64,000 nucleotides of DNA. Source: Amphiscolops sp. MND2022 (taxonomy: Eukaryota). The notes under the pieces were generated by a model. The model made no database searches. It was not told the DNA's origin and saw nothing but the letters and a program-made list of their open reading frames with translations. The translations under genes and the position numbers were made by a program. The DNA lies in the NCBI GenBank assembly GCA_964187785.1, contig OZ076409.1, positions 27,964,001 to 28,028,000 of the forward strand, in the 5' to 3' direction. Position 1 is the first letter of the stretch; each line of letters begins with the position of its first letter. Below, piece by piece: positions 33,194-47,266 of the stretch.

Positions 33194-36100
33194 AGCCACG
33201 TCATCCTCCTCAAACATAAAAAAGTGCGCTGCTAACCAACAACAACAAACTACTCCTCAGACTCGACTATATACTGGAAGCCACACGGGGTGGCAGTCCC
33301 GTCCTTCAACTTACACTAAAGAGACTACAAACTTTGTCATCACAAGACACTCAACTGACAACTACACAATCAAGACGAAGGAGACCAAGCGAAGACCTGA
33401 AGTCCACAACATACAACGGTTGAATCCAGATAGCACACCGCCTGACCAACCGAATGAAGAGAAGCGAACCACATCCCCAAAACCAAACAATCCACAAAAG
33501 AAACAGAAGTACGAAATACGCCAGTTGAGTGCCACCTTGCCAACTCAACAAAAAAGACAAGATGCTATACGTACCACTTCAGTTCCGCGAATATGAAAAC
33601 TTCGGCCTACTCGATACTGGAGCAATCCAAAGTGCTCTCTCAGAAGCAGAACTCCGCCGCATCCTAACAGCCCATCCAGCCGCCCTTCCCCAGGAACACC
33701 CTGCCCCGGAGTTCAAAGTGCAGAATGCAAATGGAAACATCGTTCCAGTGAGGAACAAGTCCTGCTACGATTCTTCATCGCCGGAAAACTCTTTGAAGAG
33801 ACTTTCATGGTCCTCCCGACAATGGGGAACATACTTATTGGAATGTCGTTCTTCAAAAAAACTCCGTAACGCTGGACTTAGCCAACAACAATGTCACATT
33901 CCCGGACATCACCCTCCAACTAGATCAGTCAACGGGAAATTCAAAAACAAACTACTCGAAGTAAGGACAACTCAGAAAATTGTGATCCAACCCAACAAAC
34001 AAGTGTTCGTCCCAGTGGTGATTGAACGCGATCTAGGCGACATCACTGGCACTGTCGAAGGGCTACCAGCCTTTGAAAGGCTCTCACACCTGTTGGTGTC
34101 TCCAGCTCTCAGCGAGACCCAGGAGGGTCGGACTCATGTCCAGATCACAAACCCACTCGCCTACCAAATTAAAATCAATGTGGGTACACCTGTAGCATCG
34201 TTCAAAATATTGACACCGAAACAAGCCAACAACCTTCAGCCGATGACCAATCACCAGCTAAACTTGATTTCACAGTACCCAGACGATGCTGAAGCTGTCT
34301 TGAATCAAATCTTCCAGGATCCGACTGCAATGTCAGACAGACGATGGTACCCTACCCTTGAGACATGCCACGACCCGTAAAAACTCAACAAGATTAAAAA
34401 ACGCATCTACGATGAAATCTTCAAACTCAGGGCAGAGGAGAAATTGGATCCAACAGCGAGCGAAGAACAACGACTTGAATTTCTGGCAAATTTTTAGTGG
34501 GAACACTCAATACTGAACCCTCACGAGAAGCAAAAAATTGAGGCTCTATTGGTCAAGTACCATGACATCTTCGCCAGACATAGACGGGGCATTGGGATCA
34601 ACACCGAATTCAAGATAAAGTTGACTCCCAAACACGACGAACCAGTCTATGCCCAAAGCTTACCCACGCCGACGAACCTGAAGGACGACTTACTGGTTGA
34701 ATTGGCGTTGATGCAGGAGTATGGCGTAATCACAACATTGCCGTGCAGCAAGTACTCATCACCCATCTTCGCGCAACGCAAGCCGAATGGGAATCTTACA
34801 ATCCTCGTAGACCTCAGAAGAATCAATCACTTACTGAAGAACAACCATCCTTACTCAGCACAACCATCCAGTGACGACGATGGCAGACGCAGCGCAGCAC
34901 ATGGCAGGAAAGCGATACTTCTGCAAACTGGACTGTTCACAAGCATACCACAGCTTGCAGATGGCAGACGAACAGTCAGTCCAGTTACTCGCTTTCAGTT
35001 TCGAAAGTAGGACGTTCGCCTACCTCAGGCTAGCCCAAGGACTGAACCGATCCTTATCAGCCTTCAACAGTACTGTTCGAGAGTACTTGGACCCCTTGGT
35101 CAAGGCCGACAAATGTGTCCAATACGTCGACGACATCGGCATTGCAGCCAACAATGTCGAAGAGCTAGTCGACAACATTGAGTCTGTGTTCATCAAGATC
35201 AAACAAGCTAGCCTGAAACTGTCAATGGCTAAATGCGCCTTCGGAGACCCCGAGATAGAATTTCTGGGACGAAACATCACCTCCAAGGGAGTTGCTCCCA
35301 TCGAAGTAAAAATTGACAAATTCTTGAAAAAGATCAAACTACCGACGTCTGTGAAGTCTTTAAAACGGTACATTGGATTCGTCCAGTTCTACCGCCAATA
35401 CATCCCATGCCTAGTCGAAAAACTTGTACCACTCAACAGACTATTGCAGAAAGACGTCGAATTCGAATTAACTCAAGTCCATAAAGACGACATGTTTGAC
35501 ATCAATGAGAACCTCGCAAATGCAGCCAAGATGTCCCTGCGATTACCACTTCCGGACAAACAGCTAGTGATCATGTGCGATGCTAGCGAGCATGCAGCTG
35601 GATACGCTCTCTTGATCGAGGATTACTCTGAAACGAATGGGGCCAGGTTTACTGAGGGCCAGATGTCACTCACGATGAATGCAAAGGAGTTCGTGGCTAT
35701 GCACTTCGCCTTTGATGAGTTTGCCCATATCTTGTGGGGAGTGAAGAAGCCGACAATTGTCATGTCTGACAACAAAGCCCTCACAAGATTCTTCCAGTCA
35801 AAACGAATACCCTCGAAGCTGCGGAACTACTGCGACCAGGCCCTCTAATTCGACATCGTCCTGGCCCATGTAACTGGTGTCGAAAACCCAGCAGCCGACT
35901 ACCTGTCCAGAATCGACATCCACCCGAAGGACAGAATCCACCTCAAAATACATGATGAGGTACCAGTCTTCAAAGTCGAAATTGATCTGGCATCAAAAAC
36001 GCCTAAGCAGGATGTTGAGGAGGAAGAATACATTCCAGACAAAACAGATGTGCCTGACACAACAACACTAAACCCAACAATGCAGTCACTCCTGGCGATG

Positions 36101-38081
36101 TTCCCTCAATGGTGTCACGAAGACGACGAACAGTACCGTAGACGCATTGACGACATCAAAATCCAGGTGCAACCATTTGTGACGCCCTCTGACCCAACAC
36201 TGTTCTTCACTCGATTCTACCTACGGAACCAGGTTCACACGGTATATCAGGTATGCCCTTCGGGGAATTCAGAAATTGTTAAGGCTCAAGGCGAAAACAG
36301 TGACGTTCAACGGGTAATTAGGATCCTTACTGTCCAAGAAACTCCTCCGAACCAAGTGAATTTGCAAGTATCTTTTTCCAAAAACTTTTCAAGAACCGTA
36401 AAAGACTTGAAGTAGTGAACAACGTGTTAAACAGGCAGTTTTTTGACAACACGGGAAACTTAGCTTACCGACAAATTGTAGTTCCTCCAGAAACTACGGA
36501 AGCCATAATCAGGACGATGCATGGCGACCCCATGCCGGGACACCCTGAAGCATCCAAAATGTTAGGTGAACTAAAGAAAAGGTACTACATCCCGAAGTTA
36601 GCTGAAAAAAATCAAGAGTTTGTAAACAACTGCCAAGACTGTATTAAAGCGAAACCTGTAAAACCTAACACCGTGACGCCACCACTCGAACCAATCTACG
36701 ACCCTTGCAACGGTCCTGAAGATGTCCTGGAAGTTGACTTCGTTGGTGAGTTACCGCGATCTAATGGGTACTCACACATTCTGACAGCCTGTGACTATTT
36801 CTAGCGATATCTGTTTGCCATTCCGATCCGTAAACCTGATACGAAATCCGTCGTTGACGCCCTGCTAGACATTTTCACGAAACATGCATACGTGCCGAAA
36901 CACATCATCACTGACAAAGGCTCTGCCTTCACATCACAAGTCATACCAGAAATGATGGACAAAGTCGGGATCCAAGTCTCCCACGCGACAATCAAACATG
37001 CCCAAACTGTCGGAATGATCGAAAGGTCGCATCAACGTTTGAACAAGATTCTGAAAATAAACGTCTCCGCAGACCGCCCACAATGGGACCGATACGTCAA
37101 TCTCGCTGTGATGGCGCACAATCCGACTTACCACCAAACTCTGAAACGTTCATCGACTGAAGTTTTCCACGGCCGCGTGCCATACAACGCACTAGACCTA
37201 AAGTTTGGCAACCCTCTCAGTCCACCGAGGAATGCCACTGATACAGAGTCGTTAGTCGACAATCTGAATGCCAAATTCAAAGAAACTCATACCAATATAA
37301 TCCGAGCCTTCCATAAGTACAAAGCGTACTACGATCGAAAAGCACAAGCATCACAATCAAAAGTAAACGACTTTGTCTTTTTATTGAATCCTAAAATAAG
37401 TACGCAATCAGAAAAAATCCCTTTTAATTCCTTCAAAAGGGAAGGACCTTAAAAAGTTGTTAAGGTCTTGACACAATCGAACTATATCGTCAGAAAAGTC
37501 GGTACCTTCAGAACGCAGTTTGTACATAGAATGCGGCTCCGCCATTCGTACCACATGACCCGATTGAAGACATACACGACGATGCAGCCCGACACTATAG
37601 TGACCCCGACGCAATTGACGATCAGTCAATATTCAACAAAAATCTGCCTGCACCCGAACCATCACCGCCGGCTGAAAACACATTTGAACTCGACACAAAC
37701 GAAACTGAAACAATCAATCCTGAGCATGGAACAATTTATTATGAACACAAACGGGTTCATGAGGTACCACCTCTGTAAAACCCGCTGCCTGAAACCGTCC
37801 ACAACGACCGTACACACCGAACTGAAACTGAAAATCAATCCGGCGAAATAGACACACCGCCACCTGATCACGAGTCTGAACAACTAATTCAGTCAAATAA
37901 TGATGCGGCATCAACCACATCATCTGCCGAAACGTCTCAACCGATCACACGAATTAATATTACCAGATATAGCCTTCGCGAGGCACCTGTGCCAAAAACG
38001 TTTGATAACTTCCTTGTTCATGAACTGCAAGCAATGCCCGCACTTTTTAAATTCCTGCAACGCAAATCCGCAAGCCAATAG
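33181..38081 (+). pseudogene. pol: pol of element B with multiple frameshifts and stops
   Basis: LLDTGA, QYVDD, CDASE, HGDP..GH/CQDC and TDKGSAF are spread over at least 7 ORF fragments. Confidence 0.93.
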
Positions 38082-39186
38082 AAATTACATGCATTCAATT
38101 GAATGTAGTCTACATCACCACATGTAACAATCATAATATCGAATTATTCCATTTACTTTACACCATTCAGTGACGACTGATACTCACTGTCCTGCATACT
38201 CGAGTTTACCGGCAGAGTAAATTATTACTCTCTACCGAGACAGCTGAGCGCGAAAATAAATACATGTAATGCAGTCATATGCACCACATCAACCTAACCG
38301 GAAACTGTGAAGTACACGTAAAACACGTGCAAACAAGCTACTAAATTATGCAAATCACAAAAATCTCCAACCGCACACCTTCAAAGGATTTGCGTTGCAA
38401 TTCTGTTTCCACCAACTCTGAATCAACTAAGTTACGTGACTTTTGCAAACGTAACAACCCACAAGCGAGAATGTAAAAGAATTAGCCGACTCGTTTAAGT
38501 TACGTCACCACAATCTAGTCTCACACTTCCGCCCCGAACAACCATGATGTGGTTCGGCTGTGTGGGTGCGTCATCAAAAGCGCGTTTGTGTGGTTGGTCA
38601 AACATTCAGATGAAGCTTGCTCTTTAGCAAGTGGATTCGGAGTTAATTTTGTATGAGTTTTTGCGACAGCAAATAACCTTCCCAATGAACAAAAACTCCC
38701 TCCTCCTTAAGGACAGTTACATGCAGTCGTCACCTTAACCCGACAATTAAGTCGTGACGCCTTTTTTCTTACTGGTGATTCGTAGGCTTCGCCTCGCGTC
38801 AGTAAAAGCAAGGTAAAAGCACATCAACCACCAATGGACATGGGGTAAACCATTTCCCATTGCTAGACAATTCAAACTTGACACGCATCAATGATGAAGT
38901 CACAAAAATGACGCTTACATAACTTCATGCAACCTATACCAAAAAATTAGTACAACGTTCTAAACATGTAAATTCAACGAAGTCAAACAAACAAAGACTA
39001 CACGCTAGAACAACTAGTCTCTCGTGATCTCTGATATATACAAAATCGCTCCCGCAGTAAAACAACAAAAATATTTATACATAAAAAAACATCAGTACTG
39101 CAGCAAAACAACCATAATCGCAAATGATCAATCGGAACAACAAAAATAGCAGTAACAAAATCAAGTTCGACAAAGTTCATCTGTAA

Positions 39187-42100
39187 CTACTCATATGATG
39201 AGTCTATTTGGAAACGACTCTGTCGTTTCTTCCCGCTCACGACCACTTCACCCGCAGAATCGCTATCGGAACTAACAACATTAGCCAGTTGTAAACTTTT
39301 ATTTCCTCGGGGGATCCCCCCTGTTCGACGCCCAACTGACTGCTTAGAAAGGGAACCACCACGACTAGCTGAAGACATATCACAACTGGCACCTCTAACA
39401 CTCTTTGCAGCAGACTTTTTACTCTGGGAGACCAACGGAGCCGAAGTCGAAACGCCAATGCCCAAAGCGACATCGCTCTGTCTCCGTGCACTCTTATTTG
39501 ATTTAGCGCTAACCATAGCAACGGGACTACTCCGTCGTCCAGCACGTGGGGGACTCAGCACCTCCACGAGGTCCAATTGTGCCAGGACACTAGAACGATA
39601 ATCGTCAATAGGCACCGTCGATGTAGACACTTGCATATCATTGGTAGAGCAAACACGCAGTAGTCCAGTCAGCGATTGACGGGTATGACCCGCGAACATC
39701 TTCGAAAACCAGCTTCTGACAAGATGCAAACTAGAACGAAGAGTATCAACAGGCATAGCAGCATCAACTTCATCAGTGAAATTAGGGTTGTAAGACCCAA
39801 CTACCGTAAGTCCAAACAAAACGTTCAGTACTAATAACAGTTCTTGACACCGAGACCAATAAGGGTATGAAAACCACATTGAAATAACATCATCCATTAC
39901 AGGTACCCCCTCTATTAGCATCCATTTGTTTTTGAAAAATTGAGTCACCTCCCGATACTGTCTCAGGGTAACAGCAGCTATGTCGTCGCTCATCAAGTTG
40001 TAACGATAAAGAGTATCACAGGTCCCAACTAGCGCTAGTGCAGCAGTGTCTGCAAAATAGTCTAGTGCATACGCGCAAATAGTCCAGAACGCTGAGGGGA
40101 TCCAGTCCAACGAACTCAGTAAGAAAGTGCTTTCTGACGAGGTCAAAAAGCCACATTTGTGTAACACGGCCCACGACCAATGGATAAATGACTCCAATCG
40201 AAGCCGCTAGCGCGTATCCAATACGGGTATCTGACTCAGTGCTGTACAGTCTAACAGTGGACGCATGAGGCAGACTCAGCAACACCGGGACAGCATTGTC
40301 GACCATTCTCTTCTCCCAGCTACTCCCGCCAACCACCGCACCAAGAACGACCGTCTCCACAACGTAGTCACAAACCACATGGTACTCGCACAGCCAATCT
40401 GCCCCATGCCGTCTGATGCTGACACTCACGCTTTTGCCACGAGCTATTAGGTCATCTAACTGCTCCACAACGAATCGGTACAGTCCATAGAGAACCAGAA
40501 TGTGTCAAAACGAAAAACGACCTCATTCTACACATTTTTACATACAGCTGCCTAGTTACATACACAACCATATCACGATAACAAATTGACAATCCTCACA
40601 CACAAAACAAAAACTAACATGAGCTAATGTAGGTACCTGACATCGTGGGTATGTTAAAGTGCGGCACTCAACCCGTAGTTCCGTATTCATGGCGTCCCGC
40701 CATGACTCCACGATCCGTATTACGTCTTTGAATGTAGTAGTGCTACAGAAACTAAAACTACTCACAAACTGGCAAACCAACACGCTCTCCTCACGCAATG
40801 CAGGCTTCCCTCCAGCAGCTGCTTCAGCCTCCTCGATTGCAATCCGTTTATCCACGGTGAGACTAAGTTTTGACTCCAGGAACACTGGAGGTTCCGACAT
40901 CCGAGCTCGCCGAATACGTCTGTCTCCTTCCGCAGACACTGGTCGACAAGCTTTATCAAGTAACGGCATTTGCATCATAATGCGATACTTCTGCTCCAGA
41001 CGGGTGTGTTCCACACCCCGCCAATGCACCCACAGGGAAGACAAACCACGTCCGGCAATGCTGAGGTCAACTTTACTCAACAGGCATCGGGCATGACCGT
41101 CGATTACACATTTATGTCGGGGAAAACCAACGAAGTTCCCGGCAACTCCTGATACAAAATACGAAGGCTTCAGTGTTTTCACCTTCTTAACTCGAGCTGA
41201 AACAAGCAAAACATTCGCATTGCCACACACAAAAAAACCTTCTGCAACAAAAACTAACAGTTACTCCCGCCTAGGACTTCCAAAAGAAAAAATGTGTGTG
41301 CCTTGAGCGTAGGATAACCACTAAAACCCCTCCCATGATCTTTTGAGAGTTCCTAACCAGGTTTAGCAGATGTGGTGGGCCCTCCATCCTTCGACACCAC
41401 TGACCGCAAGCCACCAAAAGCAGTCGGTACTTCCTAGATCTGTCTGACTCATGCAGCACCGTTCAGGGCAAATGGACTCCCAGGAACCTCTACTGGGCCT
41501 GGCGATACAGCAACCGCTGGCTGGATTTGAACTGCCGCAACCCCACAAGACGGAGTGGTATTATCCAGCTGTCCCATGGCAGTCTGCACCTTCTTTGCAA
41601 ATTCCTCCAGAGATTGCACACCAGCGGTACTTAAATCTCCCAATTTCGCTTCTATCACTGCTTTGACAGTTCCGGACAGTTCCTTTGACGTCCGTTGCAG
41701 AAGAATTCCCATTTCTGCTTTCGTTACGGGTGCACCAATAGTAGTACGTAAAAACAGTCAATTTTCTACCGCAAGTCATTTACACTCACCAACTTACGGG
41801 TCCCGGCACCCCTCCCTACACCACACGATGATCCGAGATTGATTACCTACAATGTACAAAGAACGACCACTTACCCAATGGATCGGCGAGGTAGTTACTG
41901 AAACGGTCCTCGACAGCAGCCAGAAGCGCACGAAGCACATGCACGACGCTCACCAACAGCAACTCTTCTAGAACAAATTAAAAAGGATGACGCCCTTGAA
42001 ACCACATCAGTTACCCAGAGCATTGAGATCCCGGGAAGAACAAAAGCTATCATGTTAATATTGCCCCAAACAGCGTATTAGCATAAGATAATTCAAAATG

Positions 42101-42490
42101 CTCTGATGACGGAAGAACAACTCTCCAATCGAATAACGCAAAAAATCACAGGTGATACCCGAAACACGGACACATTCACCTACACGCCAAGATTTGAAAC
42201 CAATAAGAAAAATGAAAATACGAGTACTTACGGAATTCACTGGATAAGGCTATTTCCAGTAGAGTATTAGCTGCCTCGATATTGCTATCTGTCACTTTGC
42301 GCGAGAAACGACAGCATGCAGCAGAACTCTCATCCCTCAACACTTCATCAACAGCAGCAGGTAACTCACTGCCCATCGATGAGAAACTAAACTGTTCTAG
42401 TTTTTCAACGCACCTTCTGCTGTCAGAACAACAGCGGCGACTTCAGATTCTGCTTGGACACGCCCCTCTCCTGACGATGGAAACATACGA
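39187..42490 (-). pseudogene. Decayed spliced antisense accessory gene of element B, homolog of 12605-16686 (5' end approximate)
   Basis: Exon 41196-40637 (acceptor tttcag, donor CAG|GTACCT) encodes a zinc-finger region alignable to exon 4 of A. Further GTAAGT/GTGAGT donors near 41790 and at 42231; Ser/Lys-rich C-terminal tail as in A. Confidence 0.7.
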
Positions 42491-45400
42491 ATAACAACAA
42501 TCAATTCTGAAATAAACAAGTAGAGGCTTAAAAATGAAAACACACAGTCGTTTGCGATTTACTGAGGTTCAAAGTATCTGCTAACGATCATGTGGACTGA
42601 TCAACCACATTATCTATGCGAAGAAACTACCCTGAAATTACAAAGGGACTAACTAATTCCCGAAATTCAACTACCATCCTTTTCCAAAACCAAAAAGGGA
42701 TAGCGCCTCCCCGAAAAATGTTCAAAATCGCAACTCGAATCCCTGGCTTAACCTACTCTTAGGCCATTTGATCATTAGTACCATTACTCAGTAAGCCGCG
42801 GCCGAACTGAACTGCTGAAGAAGCTCACAAATAAAAATAGCTTAGAAAATTTTGCTTCTCGTATTTGGCATCGACGAAGATTTGTTTACAAAGCGCACGA
42901 TGTTCCACTGCATTCACTTCCAAACAATTACCGAATAAGCCGAGTAATTATTTTACGCTGCCACGTTAGATTAATTTCCGGCAAATTCACTGTTATTCTC
43001 ACTCTCTTCCTGCAAGCGACGCGCACGATTGGATGACGTGGCTATCCTCGCCATATCGACTCTATATTTACTCTTTACCGAAGTGGAACATTCAACGCGC
43101 GGCTAACATTTCGTCCTCTCACTTGCAATTTCGAGACGAAGTAACAATCAATCTGACTATTTCCAGCCACGAAGTCAACTCGCCGCTGCCAATGTGGTTG
43201 CTATGACAACATCACTGCTATCTCAAATCAACGATTACCGCCGAGTTCAACTCTGCTAATTGGAATGCAGCGTCCAACCTATCTCACAATTAGAGGAAAC
43301 TATACACCATCCCCGCCACATGTTCTTTTTCCAAAAAGACCCGGAGTGTCCTGCCTGATGCATGAAAATACAAACAATGATGTGGATAACCATCCTACAT
43401 ACCAAAGATGAGAATAAAACCGGCAAACAGCGAACGAAGATTAACAAAGCACAAGAATGTGGTGAACCAAACCACATCACAAAACTTCAACTCGAATTTG
43501 CCAAATGCATCATTTTTCTTCAATTCCCAAATAACTTTGCTCTATTCACCAATATTTCATACATTTACTACATATACTCTGTAAACCAAATTCGCGACAT
43601 CAGCATACTTAAATCTCCCAATTTCGCTTCTATCACTGCTTTGACAGTTCCGGACAGTTCCTTTGACGTCCGTTGCAGTAGAATTCCCATTTCTGCTTTC
43701 GTTACGGGTGCACCAATAGTAGTACGTAAAAACAGTCAATTTTCTACCGCAAGTCATTTACACTCACCAACTTACGGGTCCCGGCACCCCTCCCTACACC
43801 ACACGATGATCCGAGATTGATTACCTACAATGTACAGAGAACGACCACTTACCCAATGGATCGGCGAGGTAGTTACTGAAACGGTCCTCGACAGCAGCCA
43901 GAAGCGCACGAAGCACATGCACGACGCTCACCAACAGCAACTCTTCTAGAACAAATTAAAAAGGATGACGCCCTTGAAACCACATCAGTTACCCAGAGCA
44001 TTGAGATCCCGGGAAGAACAAAAGCTATCATGTTAATATTGCCCCAAACAGCGTATTAGCATAAGATAATTCAAAATGCTCTGATGACGGAAGAACAACT
44101 CTCCAATCGAATAACGCAAAAAATCACAGGTGATACCCGAAACACGGACACATTCACCTACACGCCAAGATTTGAAACCAATAAGAAAAATGAAAATACG
44201 AGTACTTACGGAATTCACTGGATAAGGCTATTTCCAGTAGAGTATTAGCTGCCTCGATATTGCTATCTGTCACTTTGCGCGAGAAACGACAACATGCAGC
44301 AGAACTCTCATCCCTCAACACTTCATCAACAGCAGCAGGTAACTCACTGCCCATCGATGAGAAACTAAACTGTTCTAGTTTTTCAACGCACCTTCTGCTG
44401 CCAGAACAACAGCGGCGACTTCAGATTCTGCTTGGACACGCCCCTCTCCTGACGATGAGAACATACGAATAACAACAATCAATTCTGAAATAAACAAGTA
44501 GAGGCTTAAAAATGAAAACACACAGTCGTTTGCAATTTACTGAGGTTCAAAGTATCTGCTAACGATCATGTGGACTGATCAACCACATTATCTATGCGAA
44601 GAAACTACCCTGAAATTACAAAGGGACTAACTAATTCCCGAAATTCAACTACCATCCTTTTCCAAAACCAAAAAGGGATAGCGCCTCCCCGAAAAATGTT
44701 CAAAATCGCAACTCGAATCCCTGGCTTAACCTACTCTTAGGCCATTTGATCATTAGTACCATTACTCAGTAAGCCGCGGCCGAACTGAACTGCTGAAGAA
44801 GCTCACAAATAAAAATAGCTTAGAAAATTTTGCTTCTCGTATTTGGCATCGACGAAGATTTGTTTACAAAGCGCACGATGTTCCACTGCATTCACTTCCA
44901 AACAATTACCGAATAAGCCGAGTAATTATTTTACGCTGCCACGTTAGATTAATTTCCGGCAAATTCACTGTTATTCTCACTCTCTTCCTGCAAGCGACGC
45001 GCACGATTGGATGACGTGGCTATCCTCGCCATATCGACTCTATATTTACTCTTTACCGAAGTGGAACATTCAACGCGCGGCTAACATTTCGTCCTCTCAC
45101 TTGCAATTTCGAGACGAAGTAACAATCAATCTGACTATTTCCAGCCACGAAGTCAACTCGCCGCTGCCAATGTGGTTGCTATGACAACATCACTGCTATC
45201 TCAAATCAACGAATACCGCCGAGTTCAACTCTGCTAATTGGAATGCAGCGTCCAACCTATCTCACAATTAGAGGAAACTATACACCATCCCCGCCACATG
45301 TTCTTTTTCCAAAAAGACCCGGAGTGTCATGCCTGATGCATGAAAATACAAACAATGATGTGGATAACCATCCTACATACCAAAGATGAGAATAAAACCG

Positions 45401-45578
45401 GCAAACAGCGAACGAAGATTAACAAAGCACAAGAATGTGGTGAACCAAACCACATCACAAAACTTGAACTCGAATTTGCCAAATGCATTATTTTTCTTCA
45501 ATTCCCAAATAACTTTGCTCTATTCACCCATATTTCATACATTTACTACATATACTCTGTAAACCAAATTCGCGACAT
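41628..45578 (+). repeat. Near-identical tandem duplication (41628-43600 and 43606-45578, period 1978 bp) including the PPT and a partial third LTR (43347-43600)
   Basis: Duplicated ORFs are offset by 1978; junction ...ttcgcgacat|cagca|tacttaaatc... Confidence 0.95.
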
Positions 45579-46351
45579 TTTAGTTGGCTGTGAAAGTAAT
45601 GTGGATGATGCACCATCATTAGATTTTCGTTCCAATAATAATAGTCCTGTGATCAATATATACAGTATCAATTTACTCATATGATGCTAGTAGTGTAACC
45701 ACATCATAAAACCAAGTATTGGGTCATGTAACCATAGCTACGCAATTGCATTTTATTTCTATGCTACGACAAAATTGCGCAATTACTAACCAGGGTGTGG
45801 ATGAACGCGGTGATATGATTGGTTGAAGTGGTCACATGACAAACGTCGCCATAATTGACAGCAGACAATATATTAAAACCAGTAGATTTTGTAAAGTTAC
45901 AACGTGCAGTTGCTTACCATATCAGTATCTTGATATCATAAATTTCGACATTTCCAACTTATTACTTTCAATAATCAATAAAACTTTAAACTCCTACGCT
46001 TTCATTTATGGTCAACACTAGATCTAGAACAGCCAGAAATACTCATTCGAATATGAACGGAACAGACAGGTACAGCGATGCTGAAAGCGAAAGTAGTATT
46101 CTCGAAGTTCTCACGAGAGAACAAATGAATGAGTTCGACAACGGAAAATTATTGGACTACAGAAATGAATCAGAACACCATACAGTAAACCAACGGTTCA
46201 ATGAAATGAACAAGCAGATTAGCGAGTTAACAAAACTAGTTCTCGCGTTAACTGAAAAAATATCCTCCAACGATAAGATATCCTCTAGCAATAGAGAAGG
46301 GAACGACCTTAACACGGTCTCAATCGGACATGAATGAGACCCGTTCCGACA
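45325..46351 (+). repeat. 3' LTR of element B (1027 bp), containing the Gag N-terminal ORF 46008-46337
   Basis: Preceded by purine-rich aaaaagacccggag and followed by the TSD ACCAC. Confidence 0.95.
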
Positions 46352-47266
46352 ACCACCTACTTCAAAATACTCACAAGAATTTTTTGCAAGTCAATGGCCT
46401 GCCAATTCACCTGATCTATCGTCAATTGAAAATATGTGGAAGGTAATAAAAGATATATGAGAATAATAGAGAAGAACCATTCAAAGATGAAACTGGATTT
46501 CATTGATGCAATCCAGGTTGCTGCCGGCACAATTCCGAGGGACATTCAACAAATTTCAATGAACCCGCTGCCGTACCACATTACCAGCTGTATCTCTTCT
46601 CAGGGACAAACATTTAAATACTGAATAACTGTTAAAATACTTCTATTTATTATCTATCTGTTGTATTTTGTTGTTTTCCTCTGTTAATCCTATTATCCGA
46701 GATACTTTACTTTCAATTGTGCAACTTTGTCTATTTTTTTTGACGCTCAGTGTAGAAGTACTCTTGATTTCGAAATAAACGCAATTACTGTGATATTTTT
46801 TTCTGGATTTAACAAAATAGAACAAATCAAGAGTTTGTCTAGCAGGTAGACTCACTATCACGCCTATCGTAAGAGATTTGTAAGAAGATCGTATCAATCA
46901 TGTACCTCAAACTACGAAACGCTTTCGTTACTGAACAATGAAATGTGGCAATTGTGTTGCATACTTTATCATTTCACTAATTCTTCGAATGTGTCCTCTA
47001 TTTTTGCAAAATCATAATAGTAACTTGAAATTGCAAAAAATCGTGAATTTATCCAGATCTTTTGTTCACGGCTTGGGACTGGATAGTACAACGCTGCCGC
47101 TCAAACAGTTTGTCTTTTGGGCTCAATCTTTACTGGTGTACTTTTCAAGTCTTAAAGCGCATTACTTTTGACTTGTGAGTTCGTCTTCTTTGCGTGAAAA
47201 CCACCTCTAATTTATTCGTTTACAAATCAAACGAGATAGTCATGTTGTTGCCTAAATTAAATTAGA

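Larger units (their letters stand above)
30976..46351 (+). mobile_element. Decayed Ty3/Gypsy LTR retrotransposon (element B), related to element A
   Basis: LTRs TGTCATG...CCGACA, TSD ACCAC (30971-30975 and 46352-46356). Pol fragments are clearly similar to A (DLLVELALMQEYG, KLDCSQAYH, QYVDD). Confidence 0.95.
30186..46632 (+). mobile_element. Decayed Tc1/mariner DNA transposon (30186-30975 plus 46357-46632), split by element B
   Basis: TA-flanked TIRs ACAGTTATT(T/C)AG. Transposase remnants GRPKKL, TDEC, VWG and LQQDGAAP lie left of the insertion, and WPANSPDLSSIENMW lies right of it. Confidence 0.85.
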
